Shown here: piece by piece, positions 61,128-64,000 of the stretch
Layout: every line of letters begins with the position of its first letter
Numbering within the stretch: the stretch's first letter is position 1
Assembly (NCBI GenBank): GCA_048885525.1
Contig: JBHLLP010000007.1
Span: 1-64,000, forward strand
Direction of reading: 5' to 3'
Length of the DNA stretch: 64,000 nucleotides
DNA from: Candidatus Hermodarchaeota archaeon
Lineage (GTDB): Archaea; Asgardarchaeota; Lokiarchaeia; Sigyniarchaeales; SOKP01
Notes under the pieces: model-generated
Databases searched by the model: none
Told to the model about the DNA's origin: nothing
What the model saw: only the letters and a program-made list of their open reading frames with translations
Program-made: the position numbers and the translations under genes

Positions 61128-61352
61128 TTAGAATCACCATTTATATATTAGATTTAGTTTGTTAATGATCTATATATAGTTTAATTGGTTTTAAATATTT
61201 GAATAAAAATTGAAAATTAAATCTATTCTTTTAATTTATTCTCTGTTCTATTTTCTTTTTCAGAATAGACTTTAATTATACTTTCTTATTCTCTTAGTAT
61301 TTTTAAATCAAATAATAAATAAAGCCAGAAACAGAAATTTTTCTTTAAATTA

Positions 61353-62012
61353 TCATTCATGTGGTAATGGTTTTCCACAATAAGGACAGAATTTAAATCC
61401 TAAATCTTTACCACAATGTGGGCAAAAAGAACCTTCTGAGCTCACTGGGGCTTTTTCTTCAACACCTTCTTTTGGTATTGAAGGTAATTGTCGTGATGTC
61501 TTTAAGGTTGATACTGATGAGTCTGTATTGGTAGTTGGTACTTGTTTAGCTCTTACTCTCTCTTTAAAAGCTTGTCTTCTCTCTTCTTCACGTTCTTCTT
61601 GAGATTTCGTTCCTTCTGTCTTTACCCACCCTTGCGCTTGAGGTCTTTTTAATTCACTTTGAGGAACTTTTGCTAACTCTACTTCTTTTGTTTCTGAAAT
61701 AGGTGCTACTACTTTTCTTTCTTCCTTCTTCTTTAATGCTTGTTTAACAAGAGCCTGAGTTGTTTTCATTACTTGATGGGGATTAATATTAGGGATTGCC
61801 ACGGTTCTAAGAACCCAGCCTACAATAATATTCTGGTTTGGGAAATCGCCATCGACATCTTCATCCTTGAAAATATAGGAATCTATTACATCTCTTCCTT
61901 TTATTAAGCGCACTGCCCATTTTTCGTTTATTTCTCCTAATTGGATTCTATATGAGGTACCAGGTACTCCTAACTCGCTTGTAAGCGGAATAAAGCCTTT
62001 TTCAGTCAACAT
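61353..62012 (-). CDS. Hypothetical protein with charged linker and C-terminal double zinc ribbon
   Basis: FCPHCG...FCPYCG. Confidence 0.8.
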   Translation of the reverse strand: MLTEKGFIPLTSELGVPGTSYRIQLGEINEKWAVRLIKGRDVIDSYIFKDEDVDGDFPNQNIIVGWVLRTVAIPNINPHQVMKTTQALVKQALKKKEERKVVAPISETKEVELAKVPQSELKRPQAQGWVKTEGTKSQEEREEERRQAFKERVRAKQVPTTNTDSSVSTLKTSRQLPSIPKEGVEEKAPVSSEGSFCPHCGKDLGFKFCPYCGKPLPHE

Positions 62013-62237
62013 TATTCACTTTTTGTATATAAGTAATATGATTTAAGTAATATATTAATGATAAATTTCGAATTTAAAATATTATTTATTTATAGTAAAA
62101 ATTTATGCGAATGTTATAAATTTTTTCTGAAGGATTAACTTGATAGGCTAAAAATTGGTTGAATTCTAAAATTTTGATCATAAGATTAAAAACACATAAA
62201 TACAAATTTTTCTATTACTTTGTAAAAAACCATTAAA

Positions 62238-63237
62238 GTGAAAAAAATGGGAAAAGTAATAATCCCAAAAAAAGTATATTTATGTTTAGTAGGAGCGTCA
62301 GTTAGGTTTGCTAACGTACGTATACCTAAAGATGATTGGTTAGAAGTGAGTGGTATATTTACAGGAAGAAATCAAGGAGAAGATGTCATCATCACAGAAT
62401 GTTACCCCATAATGCATCAAGAATTAGATAAAGATGCAGTTATCGATCAATATAAATGGAGTGATGAAGACTATGAAGCTTTATACATTATCGACGAATT
62501 AGCCTTCTCAAGAGATCCCCCAGAGTTTGTAGTTGGATGGTGGCACAGTCATCCAGGCTTTCAGAGCATTGGAGTTCCCACGCTCTAGCTAAAAGGTAAT
62601 GATGAGCCATATTGATATCCAAACTACTCTATCATACCAGCAAAATAATCCTTTAGCAATATCACTGGTTTTCAACCCTACAAGACTCATACGTCAGATC
62701 GAAGTAGCATATAAAAAAGGAGATCCCGATATACAATTAAAAAATGATCCTGGGTTTGAGATATTTAGGTTAGATGATATTAATCGAGGACTTGAAGCAT
62801 CTTATCATCCGGTAGATTATAAAATTGAAGGATATGATAGTATGGAACAATTAGTCAATTTAACTCAGAAGTTTACAATAGATATTACTAATTTCTTTCC
62901 TAAAACTAATGTTCCTAAAATGTATGATAAATTTGTTAATGATAGAATTACTGAATTAAATTCAAGATTTCAGGGAACTGAAGAATATCTGACCACTTTA
63001 ACCATCCGTGGGGAAAAAGAGCGAATTCCAGATGTCTTAAAGAATCAAAGTGAAGAAATCAGTAAATTTGTAGCAGAAACTTCGATTAAGATAGATCGTA
63101 TTAAGGAATTTATGGATTATTTAGAATATAAAGAAAGAGACACCATAGTACCTCAGATTGAGACAATTATACACAAATGGGATGATATGGTTGCGGGAGT
63201 AGATAAGAGAATAAAACAGCTAAAGAAGAAATTTTAA
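62238..63237 (+). CDS. JAMM/MPN+ metalloprotease with coiled-coil tail; proposed join(62238..62561,62593..63237), 322 aa (319 aa from ATG 62247)
   Basis: ORFs 62238..62588 and 62599..63237 hold the two halves of one JAMM motif. Removing 31 nt gives WWHSHPGFKVMMSHID. Confidence 0.88.
62562..62592 (+). other. Putative 31-nt bulge-helix-bulge mRNA intron
   Basis: GGCU(62556-59)/AGCU(62587-90) 4-bp helix; bulges UU^C and AA^A; intron stem AGAGC/GCUCU. The cut sites match the junction required to restore the protein. Confidence 0.8.
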
Positions 63238-63357
63238 ATTTAATAATTTTCATCTTATTTTTCATTTTGATAAATTTTTATTTGATTACACTTTTTTTTG
63301 ATTAAATATCAATTATTTAAAATAAAATCAGAGAATTTTTAGAATATAATCATTATC

Positions 63358-64000
63358 ATGAAAAAAATTAATTTTCCTTTTACAGCGATTCTTGGCCAAG
63401 AAAAAATGAAGATGGGGCTAATTTTAAACGTTATTGACCCTCAAATAGGTGGTATCTTATTAACTGGTCAACAAGGTACAGGAAAAAGCACAGCTGTAAG
63501 ATCTCTCGTGGAATTGATGCCCCAAATTGAAGTAGTTAAAGATTGTGAGTTTTCTTGTGATCCTCATTCTGATATAGATGATTTATGTCAAAATTGTATA
63601 GAAAGAAAGGAAAAAAAGCAAATAAAAACAAAGTTCCGGGATATGTGGCTTGTAAATTTGCCTTTAGGAGTCACAGAAGATATGGTTTGTGGAAGTTTAT
63701 CTATAGATAAGGTATTAACCGAAGGAATAAGAGCTTTACATCCTGGGCTACTTGCTAAAGCAAACAGAGGTATTCTATATGTAGATGAGATTAATCTACT
63801 CCAAGATCATATTGTTGATGTACTTTTAGATTCTGCAGCTTCAGGTGTAAATATAATAGAAAGAGAAGGAATATCTATATCACATCCTTCAAGATTCGTG
63901 TTAGTTGGTTCAATGAACCCAGAAGAAGGTGATTTAAGACCACAAATTGCTGATCGTCTTGGTTTAGAGGTAAGAATAAAAGCACCAAGAGATTCAGAAT
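63358..64000 (+). CDS. Mg/Co-chelatase ChlI/BchI-like AAA+ ATPase (partial, runs off the window)
   Basis: MKKINFPFTAILGQEKMK, GQQGTGKST, PGLLAKANRGILYVDEINLL, GSMNPEEG.LRPQ..DR. Confidence 0.9.
   Translation, partial: MKKINFPFTAILGQEKMKMGLILNVIDPQIGGILLTGQQGTGKSTAVRSLVELMPQIEVVKDCEFSCDPHSDIDDLCQNCIERKEKKQIKTKFRDMWLVNLPLGVTEDMVCGSLSIDKVLTEGIRALHPGLLAKANRGILYVDEINLLQDHIVDVLLDSAASGVNIIEREGISISHPSRFVLVGSMNPEEGDLRPQIADRLGLEVRIKAPRDSE

Noticed and set aside
62238-63237. Split JAMM gene as a simple 1-nt frameshift, sequencing error or two separate genes
   Set aside because: A single-base fix would leave about 10 extra residues inside the HxHx7Sx2D motif. Only a 31-nt excision restores the spacing, and it coincides with BHB cut sites.
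1-64000. tRNA, rRNA, CRISPR arrays, transposases or integrases
   Set aside because: I saw no GC-rich cloverleaf or rRNA-like segments, no regularly spaced repeats and no recombinase motifs.

Overview
Very AT-rich archaeal chromosome segment, most consistent with an Asgard archaeon of the Lokiarchaeia type. This is inferred from TFB, PAN, PAC2, AOR, ADP-forming acyl-CoA synthetases and GatC alongside eukaryote-signature genes: a Rab-like GTPase, a longin/uDENN-like protein and three JAMM/MPN-coiled-coil proteins. It carries about 60 metabolic, Fe-S/Cu-homeostasis and proteostasis genes. I found no rRNA, tRNA, CRISPR array or transposase. Main observation: two protein-coding genes appear to be interrupted by short bulge-helix-bulge (BHB)-type introns of the kind cut by the archaeal tRNA-splicing endonuclease. 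(1) A 31-nt insert (62562-62592) splits a JAMM/MPN gene inside its HxHx7Sx2D motif. Cutting at the canonical BHB positions exactly restores the frame and the motif spacing. (2) A 21-nt insert (30853-30873) just after a TTG start of a polyferredoxin gene carries an in-frame stop, and removing it supplies the missing N-terminus. Other notable items: a membrane subtilase with Site-1-protease (MBTPS1)-like architecture, an unannotated 45-aa acidic Trp-rich peptide reminiscent of Sem1/DSS1, a gene with a single in-frame TGA, a relic of a diverged gene copy, an internal ribosome-binding site in copA, and several candidate operators.
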